Origin: Planctomycetota bacterium
Lineage (GTDB): Bacteria > Planctomycetota > Phycisphaerae > WQYP01
Reading direction: 5' to 3'
Length of the DNA stretch: 64,000 bases
NCBI GenBank assembly: GCA_021818445.1
Contig: JAKAEB010000017.1
Coordinates: 480 to 64,479, forward strand
The notes beneath the pieces were generated by a model. That model made no database searches, was not told the origin of the DNA, and worked only from the letters and a program-made list of their open reading frames with translations. Positions within the stretch are counted from its first letter, which is position 1. Each line of letters opens with the position of its first letter. The position numbers and the translations under genes were made by a program. Shown piece after piece: positions 10,871 to 21,126 of this stretch.

Positions 10871-11872
10871 ATGATGGCGGTTCCGGGTTCCGCGACTCAT
10901 CAGCCGACAAAAGCCTCCCCTCGGCGGCCGCTGTCGTGTGGCTTTACACTCGTTGAATTGCTGGTGGTTATCGCCATCATTGCGGTACTTATCGCCTTGT
11001 TGCTTCCCGCACTGGCAGCGGCCAAGTCTGTGGCCGAGGCGACTGCCTGCGAAGCCAATTTGAAAGAAATCGGAACCGGCGTGCAGGAGTACGCTCAGGA
11101 ATATGGCGATGCCATTCTCCCAGGAAGTTACACCGATGGAAACACCGCGGCCGGCACCGACTGGTGGCCGGCCATCATGATCGAGGCAGGTATAGCGCCG
11201 AGTCCTGGCAACAACCTTGCCGTCGGCGAAACACAGGACACTATGTTTGTCGATCCGGGGCTTTCTGTAACGGCTTTTTCCCAGGTTGACGGGAACGGCA
11301 ACATAATCCGAGGAACATCCGGGCCCAACGATTGGAATGGCGATGTCACGCTGCGCATGCAGACCCATATCTCGCCCAAACAGATGACCGTCGATTGCTC
11401 GTATGGGATCAATTCCGGATATTATTTCCTGAATCCCAACTTCTCTGGCAGCAAAGCCTTCAGCTCCTATTATAACGCCACGCCGACATTCGCCCTGGTG
11501 GATCAGTCCGCAACGAGCGGCTTGGTTACGGCTGGATTTAACATGTCGAAAATCGCCAGTCCATCCCAACTCGCGTTCATTTATGATGGTATGTGGATGA
11601 CACCTTACAACTACTCGTCGAGTGGTGGGATCGGTGCTGCTGCTTTGTCAAACGTTTATGTTTATGGTCGCCATAATCGCCCTTCCGATGCAAACATCAC
11701 TGCCCAGGTGGGTGATGTCAATATTTGCATGCTGGATGGATCCGTGCAGCAGGTGCCGGACGGTAAACTTCCGACAAGCCTCAACACTCGTTTTGGGGGC
11801 ATGATCGGTGGCCCGCCTGCACCGGGCTGGGGTATGTTCCCAACCTTCAACGCCCAAGAGGTGGAGAACTGA
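10871..11872 (+). CDS. Prepilin-type N-terminal cleavage/methylation protein with an H-X9-DG (DUF1559-type) domain
   Basis: AAGGAG RBS at 10858..10863 with ATG at 10871. [29 protein letters not shown] is the class III signal/methylation motif. C-terminal GRHNRPSD...[11 protein letters not shown] matches the H-X9-DG type tail. Confidence 0.88.
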   Translation: MMAVPGSATHQPTKASPRRPLSCGFTLVELLVVIAIIAVLIALLLPALAAAKSVAEATACEANLKEIGTGVQEYAQEYGDAILPGSYTDGNTAAGTDWWPAIMIEAGIAPSPGNNLAVGETQDTMFVDPGLSVTAFSQVDGNGNIIRGTSGPNDWNGDVTLRMQTHISPKQMTVDCSYGINSGYYFLNPNFSGSKAFSSYYNATPTFALVDQSATSGLVTAGFNMSKIASPSQLAFIYDGMWMTPYNYSSSGGIGAAALSNVYVYGRHNRPSDANITAQVGDVNICMLDGSVQQVPDGKLPTSLNTRFGGMIGGPPAPGWGMFPTFNAQEVEN

Positions 11873-12052
11873 CCCTTTCTTTAGTAGTCAGACCCAGCTA
11901 AATGCCGCGACACGTTCTATCAGGGACAGATACCCACCTTTCGATGGTTCTAGCGCGGTAGGCGCAGCAAGGAGGCTTACCGGCCCATGGATGTGCAAGT
12001 CGACTGCGGAGCGTTGCTTTTGTGGCGGCCGCTCTTTGAAAGGGCAAGCTAA

Positions 12053-14581
12053 ATGGCGCAAACTTCCGTTCGGAGAGCAGCCTCGTTCATTTATCTGCTG
12101 TTAAGCGTTTTCGGATCAGCATCAACGTCTCTGGCTGGATCTCATTGGGGCCAGACACCCTGCATTGACCCGACTTTTGGAATTGCCCAGAAGCCTTTTT
12201 CTCCGAAGCGCGTGTATGAACTGCCGCGATGGATATGGGGCAATCCGCGGGCTGGCAAAAAGGCACTTATTTTCGGCAGAGATTTTGAAGTAACGCATCT
12301 GCCCAAAAAGGCCTTGCTTTATGCCGTGATCAAGGGCCCCATCCATTTATGGATCAATGGCAAAGCCGTATCGCCTGGCTCGATGGCAAAGCACGGCCCG
12401 CTGCAGACCTGCATGGCAAATATTACGTCGTATCTGCGGCTGGGGGTGAACCGGATATTTTTTTCCGCTGGCGGCCGTAACCACTCCGAAGGCGTGAATT
12501 TATCCATTATCAACCGCGACCATGGATGGCACACGGTGGTCCGCACGGATAAGTATTGGTATTGGTCTGCCATGTCGGTCGGCGACCAGTCGCCGTGGAG
12601 ACATGCGGCAAGTGGGCACTGGCAAAGAGCCATCGCGTTGCCACCACCGTCGCATGTGCACCTGAACCTGTGGCCGGCGCACTGGCATTATTTGTATCAT
12701 CTGCATTTTCAACCGGAAAGATTGAAAGTCATCCGCGGCGCACAGGCATTTACGGGGTTGCAAACCGTGCCGCTGCGGCTCACGGCCGAAAACGCCGGTG
12801 CCCTGCGCCCCGGCTACACCGGTGATTCACATCTGGCACCGGCAAGGCCAATCCACCTTGTGATTCGGCCAAGCCACCTGCACGTTCATCTGGTGCGTGG
12901 CACAAATGTCATCGGCTGGTCGATATTAAATATGCCCGCTCGATCCTCCGCGCCGGGAATCATTTTGGATTTTGGCCAGGAGGTGGCTGGCAGAATCATT
13001 TTTCGCGGCAGCGGAGGGGACGTGATTGTTGGCACCGGTGAATCGCGTGGCGAGGCGCTCAAGATGCCTTGGGGAGGCGTGCATCTGTTGCATCTGCGTG
13101 CCCACCACACGGAGGCCACACCCTACAGCGCTTTTCGTTATGCGACGGTCTATTTTGCCGGTGGACACAGGATAAGCCTGCATCAATTATCGCTTGATTT
13201 CAAATATTATCCGGTCAAGTACCGGGGCAGCTTTGCATGTTCCGACCCGCTGCTGACAAAAATCTGGTACACAGGTGCCTACACGGCGCACCTGTGCATG
13301 CAGCAACAGATTTGGGATGCCCCCAAGCGCGATCGTTCGCTTTGGATTGGGGATATCCAGATTTCCGGTCAAACCATCAACAATGTTTTCCTCACCCACT
13401 ACCTGATGGAAAAAAGTATGACTATGGTACGGCTCGAGGCCCAGGGTGTGCGTCGGCCGAACGCTTTGCCCTTGACGTACGTCAACTCTCTGCCGGGGTA
13501 TTCCAATTCGTGGTTATGCGCACTGAGTGACTATTATCTGCATACGGGGGATCTGGCGTATCTGAAATCGCAGCATCAGTTGATTCTGTCCATGCTGCGT
13601 TACATGCGGAAGGGCTTTAACAAACAACACTTATTTACAAATAAATGGAAGGCCCGCTGGAACTTTGTGGACTGGGCACCATACTTGGTCGCCGCGCCGG
13701 ATACGCCCCAGGCGAATATCGCTACCGACCTTTACACCTGCCAGGGAATACGGCGGGCAGTCCGCCTGCTTGACATCATCGGAGACAAGGCCAACGCCGC
13801 CAAATACGCCGCGTGGGGCCGCAAAATCATGCTCGCCGCCCGGCGAAAACTGGCTTTGCCGACCGGAACCTACACCAACATCCGTCAGGTAAACTCCATG
13901 GCTGTCCTTTCCCATGTCGCAACCGCCCGGCAGCGGCGGGCCATTTTCAAACGCATTCTGGGTCCGCACTGTGCATCGTGGAAACAGATCGCAACACCTT
14001 ATTACAACAATTTTGTAATTTTTGCCCTAAGTGACCTGGGTCAATACAGGCAGGCGCTGCGCTTTATCCGACTTTACTGGGGCGGCATGATACGGCGCGG
14101 AGCCACCACGTTCTGGGAAAAATACTACCCATCGTGCCCAAAAATACACCCACATCGCTATCTGAACAACAATGGAGGCGGCCCGTCCGGCGGCTTGGGG
14201 TGGAACTACCTCATCAGTCTTTGCCATGGCTGGTCATCGGGGGTAACGAATTGGCTGACCGTCTGTGTGCTGGGCGCACGACCGATTCAAGGCGGCTTTC
14301 AGACGGTACTGATTTCCCCGCACCTTATGGGTTTGCAGTGGGCTGGCGGGGCCATACCCACGCCTCACGGACCGATCGCTATACAGTTGGTGGCCCATAA
14401 CAACCTGCGAGATATGAGGTTGGTGTTACCCAAGGGGGTAAACGGCATGCTTGACGTGGCGTGCACAAAGGTATTGGTAAATGGACAACCCGCGGCAGTG
14501 GCCAGCACCGCGGGGAGGATATTTCACACGCATGTCAGGTTAACTGGCGGCCGAAGCTATCGGGTAGTTTGGACCCGCTGA
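12053..14581 (+). CDS. GH78-related six-hairpin glycosidase (alpha-L-rhamnosidase-like paralog)
   Basis: Signal peptide FIYLLLSVFGSASTSLAG. YRGSFACSDPLLTKIWYTGAYTAHLCMQQQIWDAPKRDRSLWIGD aligns with the GH78 block GNFACSD...DCPQRDERQGWMGD. The C-terminal CHGWSSG motif resembles the CHPWSAG of the left-edge paralog. Confidence 0.8.
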   Translation: MAQTSVRRAASFIYLLLSVFGSASTSLAGSHWGQTPCIDPTFGIAQKPFSPKRVYELPRWIWGNPRAGKKALIFGRDFEVTHLPKKALLYAVIKGPIHLWINGKAVSPGSMAKHGPLQTCMANITSYLRLGVNRIFFSAGGRNHSEGVNLSIINRDHGWHTVVRTDKYWYWSAMSVGDQSPWRHAASGHWQRAIALPPPSHVHLNLWPAHWHYLYHLHFQPERLKVIRGAQAFTGLQTVPLRLTAENAGALRPGYTGDSHLAPARPIHLVIRPSHLHVHLVRGTNVIGWSILNMPARSSAPGIILDFGQEVAGRIIFRGSGGDVIVGTGESRGEALKMPWGGVHLLHLRAHHTEATPYSAFRYATVYFAGGHRISLHQLSLDFKYYPVKYRGSFACSDPLLTKIWYTGAYTAHLCMQQQIWDAPKRDRSLWIGDIQISGQTINNVFLTHYLMEKSMTMVRLEAQGVRRPNALPLTYVNSLPGYSNSWLCALSDYYLHTGDLAYLKSQHQLILSMLRYMRKGFNKQHLFTNKWKARWNFVDWAPYLVAAPDTPQANIATDLYTCQGIRRAVRLLDIIGDKANAAKYAAWGRKIMLAARRKLALPTGTYTNIRQVNSMAVLSHVATARQRRAIFKRILGPHCASWKQIATPYYNNFVIFALSDLGQYRQALRFIRLYWGGMIRRGATTFWEKYYPSCPKIHPHRYLNNNGGGPSGGLGWNYLISLCHGWSSGVTNWLTVCVLGARPIQGGFQTVLISPHLMGLQWAGGAIPTPHGPIAIQLVAHNNLRDMRLVLPKGVNGMLDVACTKVLVNGQPAAVASTAGRIFHTHVRLTGGRSYRVVWTR

Positions 14582-14982
14582 GCTATCACTGCCCCTATGT
14601 AAAGGCGTGGGCTTCGCCCGCATAGATTATTTTATCTGGAGGTGTTGAACCAAGGCCGCAGTCTTCACAGAAAGTTTTTCGCGACGCAGGATGGGTGGTC
14701 CACCTTGACTGGCCTTTGGAACGTCGGCTGGTGGCCCTGCCGGAGAGCTAGCCCAATTTTATCAGGCGACCGAGAGGTGACGTATCGCTGTGCCCGCGAT
14801 GTTATACCCCATTATCGTATTGGAGGGTTGTGCCCCGGCTTGGGCGGGCATACGACCACGAACTAATGTCAGCGTTAACGTGATTAAATCCCGTATCTTT
14901 GTTTTTAACTTGAATGTACGTGGATGCATCGAGCACGAGTGACAGTGAAACGCCAAGAGATGTGATCCCTTTGGGAGGCTGG

Positions 14983-16497
14983 ATGATTAATAAAGTTGGA
15001 CAATCCGTCACGTGCGGGCTTACTGCCGGCATAGCGGCGGTCGTCTTGACGGGGCATATTTTGCGGGCAACTCCTCATGACAGACCGGGTGTTGTCGTTG
15101 CGAAGGTTGCTCTGCGGGTTGCGGGATCACCCATCGCACGTTCCTTTTTGGGGTTATCTATTGAGTATGGACCGACCATTTCAAATATGATTGCATCAGC
15201 GGATGGGCACCGCCGTTCACTTGAACGGCTGCTCAATGCGTGGGGGCGTCGGAACGGGCCGCCGATATTACGGATTGGCGGCAATTCAGAAGATATGGCG
15301 GCGTGGGATTTGCCTTTGGTTAAGCACCATCGCCGAGCTATTACCATTAATATTACATCGCGGTTCTGCCATAACATTCGTCGGCTGTGTCAAAGGACGG
15401 GTGTAAGGTTGATACTCGGCTTGAATCTGGGGCGCGGCTCGCCCGCAATGGCACGCCGGTGGGTGCGCGAAGCTCTCAAGCGGATAGGTGCCAATCATAT
15501 TTTGGCCTTTGAAATTGGCAATGAGCCAGACGCCTACGTATTGACGCATCAGCGACGGACCGGATACACGCTCGCGGATTATGAGAGTGATTTTGCGAGG
15601 TTTGCCAACGCCATTAAACCTCTAATGCCCAGGCCGGGGATGATCGCCGGCCCCGCATTTTCGTGCTTCTGGCTGAAGGGCCAAACTGCCGCATTCATCA
15701 GGCGGATGCACCGCATGCTCGGTTTGGTGACCGTACACGACTACCCGCTGGGCATTCGCCGTGCCATCCCGCAGACCACATCGGTTCGTTACGACAGCGT
15801 GGCTCACCTGCTGGATCGTCGCTCAAGCTATATCTATTATTCAATAATTCGCCCGGCGGTAATCGCCGCGACGCCGTTTCATCTGCCTGTGCGGTGGGGT
15901 GAGATGAATTCGGCCGCCGGGGGAGGTGATCAGGGCATCAGCGATTCCTTCGCATCTGTGCTATGGCTTACCAACAGCCTCTTTTATGCCGCCAAGGCGG
16001 GTGCAGCGGGTGTTAACCTGCACAACGCCGGTGCCAAGTTATGTCCCTATTCAATTTTCAGATACGACCATGCTGGCCAACTCGTTCCGCACCCGGACTA
16101 TGACGCCATGCTGCTTTTTGCCGCGGCGGCAAGCCATCATGCCAAGCTGCTGCCGGTGCGTATTCGTGGTGGTGCGCGAGTGAGGGTATGGGCAACTCGG
16201 GATACGAGAGACCATGTGCGTGTAGTAATCGTCAACAGCCGGTTGCATCATGTCGCGAGAGTAATTCTGCCCGCCGCCGGTTACGAAGCGGCTGCAATGG
16301 TTACCGTCACCGCGCCTGATATACGCTCGGTGAATATGCCCGTGTGGCATAAACGTCGGTTTGGTGACAGCAAGCCGTCTGTGCTGAACATGAGTGGTTT
16401 GATGCCAATAAAGCATACCGGTTTCAGCGTGCGGGTACCGCCGACATCGATCTACATGCTAACGCTCAAGCGCCCATCAGGTAAATCAGGTAAATAA
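14983..16497 (+). CDS. GH79-family glycosidase (beta-glucuronidase/heparanase-like)
   Basis: Start moved to ATG 14983 (GGGAGG upstream; signal/anchor CGLTAGIAAVVLTG). LRIGGNSED. Acid/base motif AFEIGNEPD. Nucleophile region RWGEMNSAAGGGDQGISDSFASVLWL mirrors heparanase GETSSAYGGG..LSDTFA...WL. Confidence 0.85.
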   Translation: MINKVGQSVTCGLTAGIAAVVLTGHILRATPHDRPGVVVAKVALRVAGSPIARSFLGLSIEYGPTISNMIASADGHRRSLERLLNAWGRRNGPPILRIGGNSEDMAAWDLPLVKHHRRAITINITSRFCHNIRRLCQRTGVRLILGLNLGRGSPAMARRWVREALKRIGANHILAFEIGNEPDAYVLTHQRRTGYTLADYESDFARFANAIKPLMPRPGMIAGPAFSCFWLKGQTAAFIRRMHRMLGLVTVHDYPLGIRRAIPQTTSVRYDSVAHLLDRRSSYIYYSIIRPAVIAATPFHLPVRWGEMNSAAGGGDQGISDSFASVLWLTNSLFYAAKAGAAGVNLHNAGAKLCPYSIFRYDHAGQLVPHPDYDAMLLFAAAASHHAKLLPVRIRGGARVRVWATRDTRDHVRVVIVNSRLHHVARVILPAAGYEAAAMVTVTAPDIRSVNMPVWHKRRFGDSKPSVLNMSGLMPIKHTGFSVRVPPTSIYMLTLKRPSGKSGK

Positions 16498-16509
16498 GGA
16501 GCTTCACAC

Positions 16510-17085
16510 ATGCGTAAAATCCTGGGAGGCTGTCCGAGTAATAACAGCGACTGCGACGGCATGGATTTGGGCGGGAATCAGGAAGCCGCGCTGCAGAGGC
16601 CGGGCGAAAGGCTCGCCGCCCGGAGTGTGTGCCAGCTTGCTCATTTTTACTCGTCCTGGGATCGCGGCTATGGGGTGGGCTATGCCACTGCCACCAGCAT
16701 TCGCGGCCCTTGGAAGAAGTATGCACATAACCCAATCTACGGGGCGCAGGGCCGCGGATGGTGCCACACCTATAAACATCGATATACCCAAAAAAAGGGT
16801 GATCCCTATTGCCAGGTCGGAGGCAATTCACTCTTCGTCGGGCCTGATGGTAAAATCTGGATATGTGCCCATGCGTATCGCACAGGCGTTGACAATGTCC
16901 TGCATCCACATATGGTGATAGACCCATTGTGGTATCGAATGGGATGGATTGACCGATCTGGCGGGCACGGACGCGTGCGGGGAATGATTTTCGGGCGAAC
17001 ACCGGTTTCCTTCACCCCACAGCGGGTGCCGATAAAACACGATTACTTCCCGCCACGCGGTAAGCAGCGTTTACTTATGAAGTGA
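16510..17085 (+). pseudogene. Truncated GH43/GH130-like beta-propeller fragment (C-terminal blades only)
   Basis: Only 191 aa. FYSSWDRGYGVGYATATSIRGPWKKYAHNPIYG and GGNSLFVGPDGKIWICAHAY match the last blades of GH43-type propellers. The N-terminal catalytic blades are absent, and the ORF begins 12 nt after the GH79 stop. Confidence 0.5.
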
Positions 17086-17256
17086 TCGGCGAATGGTGAA
17101 AGGCCCGGCGATGAGATTAACTTGGAGCGGCTGCCCTCCGGGTCATCTATGGCTGCCGCATGACCGTATGGTCGCTCAACGCCATCTCCGCAAACATTCC
17201 GAAAGCAGGAGAGGCGATCGGGTCGGGACCGGAGGAATGACATTTTTGGGAGCTGC

Positions 17257-18516
17257 GTGGTGAGTGGTGAAAATTATCGCATAGCTCTCCTGCTCCGGAC
17301 CCAGTGCGCACATAGTCGGGAAACGTTGAGAGGGATTATCGATGCTGTCTGGTACGGCGGAACATCGGCGGGGCGGCCTAGCCGCAATTACCGTCCATTG
17401 CTGCCTTGGACATTTAAGCTATTTTCCCAACTCGAGCATACAGGTGTTGATTCATTATTCCGCGAAATTTCTCACTTCGCTCCCCACGGAATGATTTTTG
17501 AGACCTTTGGTGACGACATGTATGCGCGCATTGGCGAGGTGCGTTGCCCCGGCGTTGAGGTCTTTCAAGTATCAAGAACCGCCAGTCTCTACGCATCCGT
17601 GAATACTGACCACCTTATGATTGGCAGGCTGGCGGCAGAATATCTAACTGAACTGGGATTGCGGCACTTCGCCTTTTTCGGTGGTAGCCAGTACACGTAT
17701 TCTCAGCGTCGCCTGGAGGGTTTTCAAGACTGCCTGCGGAATCCGCCAAAATCCAGACTGCAGATGGGTCAGCCACGACAGGAGGCGCAGGTTTTTGATC
17801 GCTGCCTGCCCGGCTGGCAAGCCTTGATCGAATCATGGCTCAAGAACCTGCCGCGCCCGGTCGGCATTTTTGCCGCCAACGATCTCTTCGCAACCGAAAT
17901 CCTTCAGGAACTTATTAAAACCGGATGGCGCATTCCGGAGGACGCCGCTGTGCTCGGCGTCGACGACGATGAATTGCAATGCAACCTTGCCTACCCACCC
18001 ATTTCCAGCATCCAGCCTGGCTTTCGGCAGGTGGGTCGGGCGGCTGCCCGGATGCTGGAGCAATTATTAAAAGGCGAGGAAGTAGCTGCGGCGGTCAGTG
18101 TCCCGCCGTTGCGTGTGGTGGCGCGTTACTCCACAGACATTACGCATGTCGACAATGAGTTTGTAGCAGAGGCACTGCGATGCATACGCGGATCTCCATT
18201 GACCAACCTGAGTGTTAAGGTGCTGCTCAATCGAATTCCCACCAATCGTCGGCGTCTGGAGCGGGCCTTTGTCGAGACACTGGGTCGCACCCCAATGGAG
18301 GAAATTCACCGCGTGCGTGTATTGAAAATTAAGGAATTACTCATGGCCGGTAAATCAATCGAACAAACAGCCAGGGAGATGCACTTTTCCAGTCCAAAGT
18401 ACATGACCACGCTGTTCCGGCGCATAACCGGCCTGACACCTTCGGAATACCAAGCGGAGCTGCAGAATCCCCTGATGAATGCCGACCGCCGGAGCAAGAA
18501 GGTCCCCAGGCAATGA
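17257..18516 (+). CDS. XylR-like regulator: periplasmic-binding-protein-type sugar sensor domain plus AraC-type HTH
   Basis: GTG start. N-terminal LacI/PBP-like domain (IALLL..., VGIFAANDLFATEILQELIKTGWRIPEDAAVLGVDDDE). C-terminal AraC HTH (LSVKVLLNRIPTNRRRLERAF...IEQTAREMHFSSPKYMTTLFRRITGLTPSEY). Confidence 0.88.
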   Translation: MVSGENYRIALLLRTQCAHSRETLRGIIDAVWYGGTSAGRPSRNYRPLLPWTFKLFSQLEHTGVDSLFREISHFAPHGMIFETFGDDMYARIGEVRCPGVEVFQVSRTASLYASVNTDHLMIGRLAAEYLTELGLRHFAFFGGSQYTYSQRRLEGFQDCLRNPPKSRLQMGQPRQEAQVFDRCLPGWQALIESWLKNLPRPVGIFAANDLFATEILQELIKTGWRIPEDAAVLGVDDDELQCNLAYPPISSIQPGFRQVGRAAARMLEQLLKGEEVAAAVSVPPLRVVARYSTDITHVDNEFVAEALRCIRGSPLTNLSVKVLLNRIPTNRRRLERAFVETLGRTPMEEIHRVRVLKIKELLMAGKSIEQTAREMHFSSPKYMTTLFRRITGLTPSEYQAELQNPLMNADRRSKKVPRQ

Positions 18517-18794
18517 GGCTGCCGGTGTCAATTGCGATCCGTCCGAAAATGTGTTGGCGGTATTCGTCGGGCACATCGATGTTTTCGCATATTAGCGGGC
18601 GGTGCCTATTGCAGACAGAAATCGATCCATGGAGGCCAGAGTTCACGCTGGGGTAAGGCAGAATCGCTTGGGTTGCGGCTTGGCCTCATTGATGAGCGCT
18701 TTCTGCGTTTTTGGCGTTGGTTCGCCGGGAACCAATAGCGGCGGTATAGTACGGTTAACAAATTTGATATTTAAGACGTGGCGTGGATTGTCGC

Positions 18795-21026
18795 ATGAAA
18801 AATTCATCAGCACAGTGCCCGAGTGAAAGATATGGCCAATTCGTAGCATGGCTGGCGGCCGCATGGTTAACGCTTTGCACGGCACACTTAAGTGCGCAGC
18901 CGGTTGCAGGTAAATGTCTCATCGGGCCGTTCTACACCAATGACCCGGAAGGTTTGGTCATGATTCCGAATCGGCTCGCGCGGAAGCCCGTGGCGTACAG
19001 TGTCGGCGTTGGCTGGGTGGATCACGGTCACTACATGCAGAGTTACCGCGGCATAACAAGGGTCCAGTGGCATCTGCAAGCCATGCGGTGGGGCCAGCGG
19101 TCAGGTATCAGCCGAATGTACTGGCTTGTCGGCCGTCGGAACGCAATACACATCCATTGGCAGAGGGTTACGGGGACGGCAACTGCGGTGGCATCGCTGA
19201 CGGTTGAACGTCCCCTGCAAGTTGTGCTTGAGTGTTCGCCGACGTGGCATGGCTACCGCGCCGAGTACAGCGTCAAGGGCAACGAGATTATCGGTTCGAC
19301 GCCATCGGCGACATCCCGATCAGGCTTCACGCTTCTGGCTGGTAGGCCGGCCGATGGCACCGTTGTTGCCTCGAATGCCAAAGCATTTATACAGGCTATG
19401 AATCATGGCGGCAGCGCCCCGGCATCCATGAAGATGAGGTATGCGGGACTGTTGTTTAATCTCAAGCCGCAGCACCCGTTAACTTTTGTGGTGCGCCTTG
19501 GGCTGGGGCGCATGAATAGCGCCACAACATTAACTTCGGTGCCGCACATATTACGCCACGGCTGGAACGCGTATATCAAAGACAGGCCGTACGCCTCGGG
19601 TGATTGGGGCGATTTTGTGGCACCGATTACCGCCGCTGCCAACGAGGGGATCGTCTACCTTCCACAACTGCGAAATCTCTCCGGCACGGTGGTGCGATCG
19701 TGGTGTGTGCCCGGCGGCTGCGTGCTGTTTGAATGGGATTCATTTTTCAATGCTATGCTTCTGTCGGTCGATGACCATGCTGCATCTCCCTGGCTCGTTC
19801 GGCGTCAACTGGCGGGCATCTTTCATTTTCAGTTGAAGAATGGGCTGGTATGCAATTTTTCCAACTGGGGCCGCGTACACAGTGAAAGCGATCCAAATCC
19901 GGGCATCTCGCTTGACCGCAGTGAACCTCCCGTTGGTGCCATGTGTGTCTGGCAAGCCTACCAGCGATGGCCAAGCCGACGATTGCTTGAAACATACTAC
20001 CGACCGCTGGCCCGATATCACCATTGGTGGTTCTCAATCAACCCAAGTACACATCTGCCCTATCGGGACGGTAATCGCGACGGACTTTTAGAATGGGGTT
20101 CGGCCACCAAGGTGTGGCAAAATGCCCGCTATGAAAGTGGCATGGACGATACCCCCATGTACGTCCGGGGCAAGGCGCTCATGATGCCCACATCCGACAC
20201 CTTCGATGTCGATGATGTGGGCTTGAACTCTCTTTGGGCAGCGGACGCCATGTATCTGGCCAAGATCGCGGCCGCATTGGGACATCGCAGGGCCGCGGCT
20301 CATTACACGGATCAGTGGAAGTCGATGGCAGTGCGTATCAATGCCCTGCTTTGGAATCACAAACTGGGCATGTATTGCAATCGGTACTGGTCAAGGGGCA
20401 AGGGGCACCATTTGCTGTCGCGGCGGTGGTCGCCGACCAACTTCTATCCGATGATTGCCCGCGTTCCAGACCGACAGAGGGCCGATCGTATGCTGGCTGT
20501 GATGCTGAATAAAAAATATTTCTGGGGCCGATGGGTTATTCCATCCATTGCAAAGAACAATCCGGCATATGTGCATCAGGAATACTGGCGGGGAGATATT
20601 TGGGGCCCCACCAACTACCTCACATTCCAAGGCCTGCTGCATTACGCGCCCACCAAAGTGCTGCATGCGTTTGCCCGTAAGAGTGTCCTTTTATTTATGC
20701 GCAACTGGAAGCGTACCGGCATCTGGAGCGAAAATTATCTCTCCACCACCGGCATCGCATCGCACGACCGGCATTACAGTTGGGGTGCATTGCTTCCGAT
20801 GATCGGCCTTCAGGCGATTTGCAATGTGAATATAAACAACTCGGTGCGTTTGGACGGTACGTGGAACCTGCACGCCGTGCTGCAAAACATCCCGATACTT
20901 GGATACCGCTATACCATCATGGTAAAGCCTGGAAGCACTGAGCTTTTGCACCATGGTCATCAGGTGGCATTGGCTGCCGGCAGGGTAATTAATATCGAAC
21001 TCCCGCAGCGCCATGCCGGACATTAA
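18795..21026 (+). CDS. GH63-like / MGH1-like six-hairpin glycosidase
   Basis: ATG 18795 followed by a signal (FVAWLAAAWLTLCTAHLSA). Motifs FEWDSFFNAMLL, EPPVGAMCVW, YESGMDDTPMY, SPTNFYPM and YWRGDIWGPTNYLTFQGL are typical of the GH63/GH37-like (alpha/alpha)6 clan. Confidence 0.8.
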   Translation: MKNSSAQCPSERYGQFVAWLAAAWLTLCTAHLSAQPVAGKCLIGPFYTNDPEGLVMIPNRLARKPVAYSVGVGWVDHGHYMQSYRGITRVQWHLQAMRWGQRSGISRMYWLVGRRNAIHIHWQRVTGTATAVASLTVERPLQVVLECSPTWHGYRAEYSVKGNEIIGSTPSATSRSGFTLLAGRPADGTVVASNAKAFIQAMNHGGSAPASMKMRYAGLLFNLKPQHPLTFVVRLGLGRMNSATTLTSVPHILRHGWNAYIKDRPYASGDWGDFVAPITAAANEGIVYLPQLRNLSGTVVRSWCVPGGCVLFEWDSFFNAMLLSVDDHAASPWLVRRQLAGIFHFQLKNGLVCNFSNWGRVHSESDPNPGISLDRSEPPVGAMCVWQAYQRWPSRRLLETYYRPLARYHHWWFSINPSTHLPYRDGNRDGLLEWGSATKVWQNARYESGMDDTPMYVRGKALMMPTSDTFDVDDVGLNSLWAADAMYLAKIAAALGHRRAAAHYTDQWKSMAVRINALLWNHKLGMYCNRYWSRGKGHHLLSRRWSPTNFYPMIARVPDRQRADRMLAVMLNKKYFWGRWVIPSIAKNNPAYVHQEYWRGDIWGPTNYLTFQGLLHYAPTKVLHAFARKSVLLFMRNWKRTGIWSENYLSTTGIASHDRHYSWGALLPMIGLQAICNVNINNSVRLDGTWNLHAVLQNIPILGYRYTIMVKPGSTELLHHGHQVALAAGRVINIELPQRHAGH

Positions 21027-21126
21027 ATAATTCAAGGCATTGATTGTGTCGCCTTGCCGAGATACATTTGAATTTTTGCGCAGCGGTTTTGTCTGCTGAC
21101 CATTTGGTTTACAGTTGAGGGTCGAT

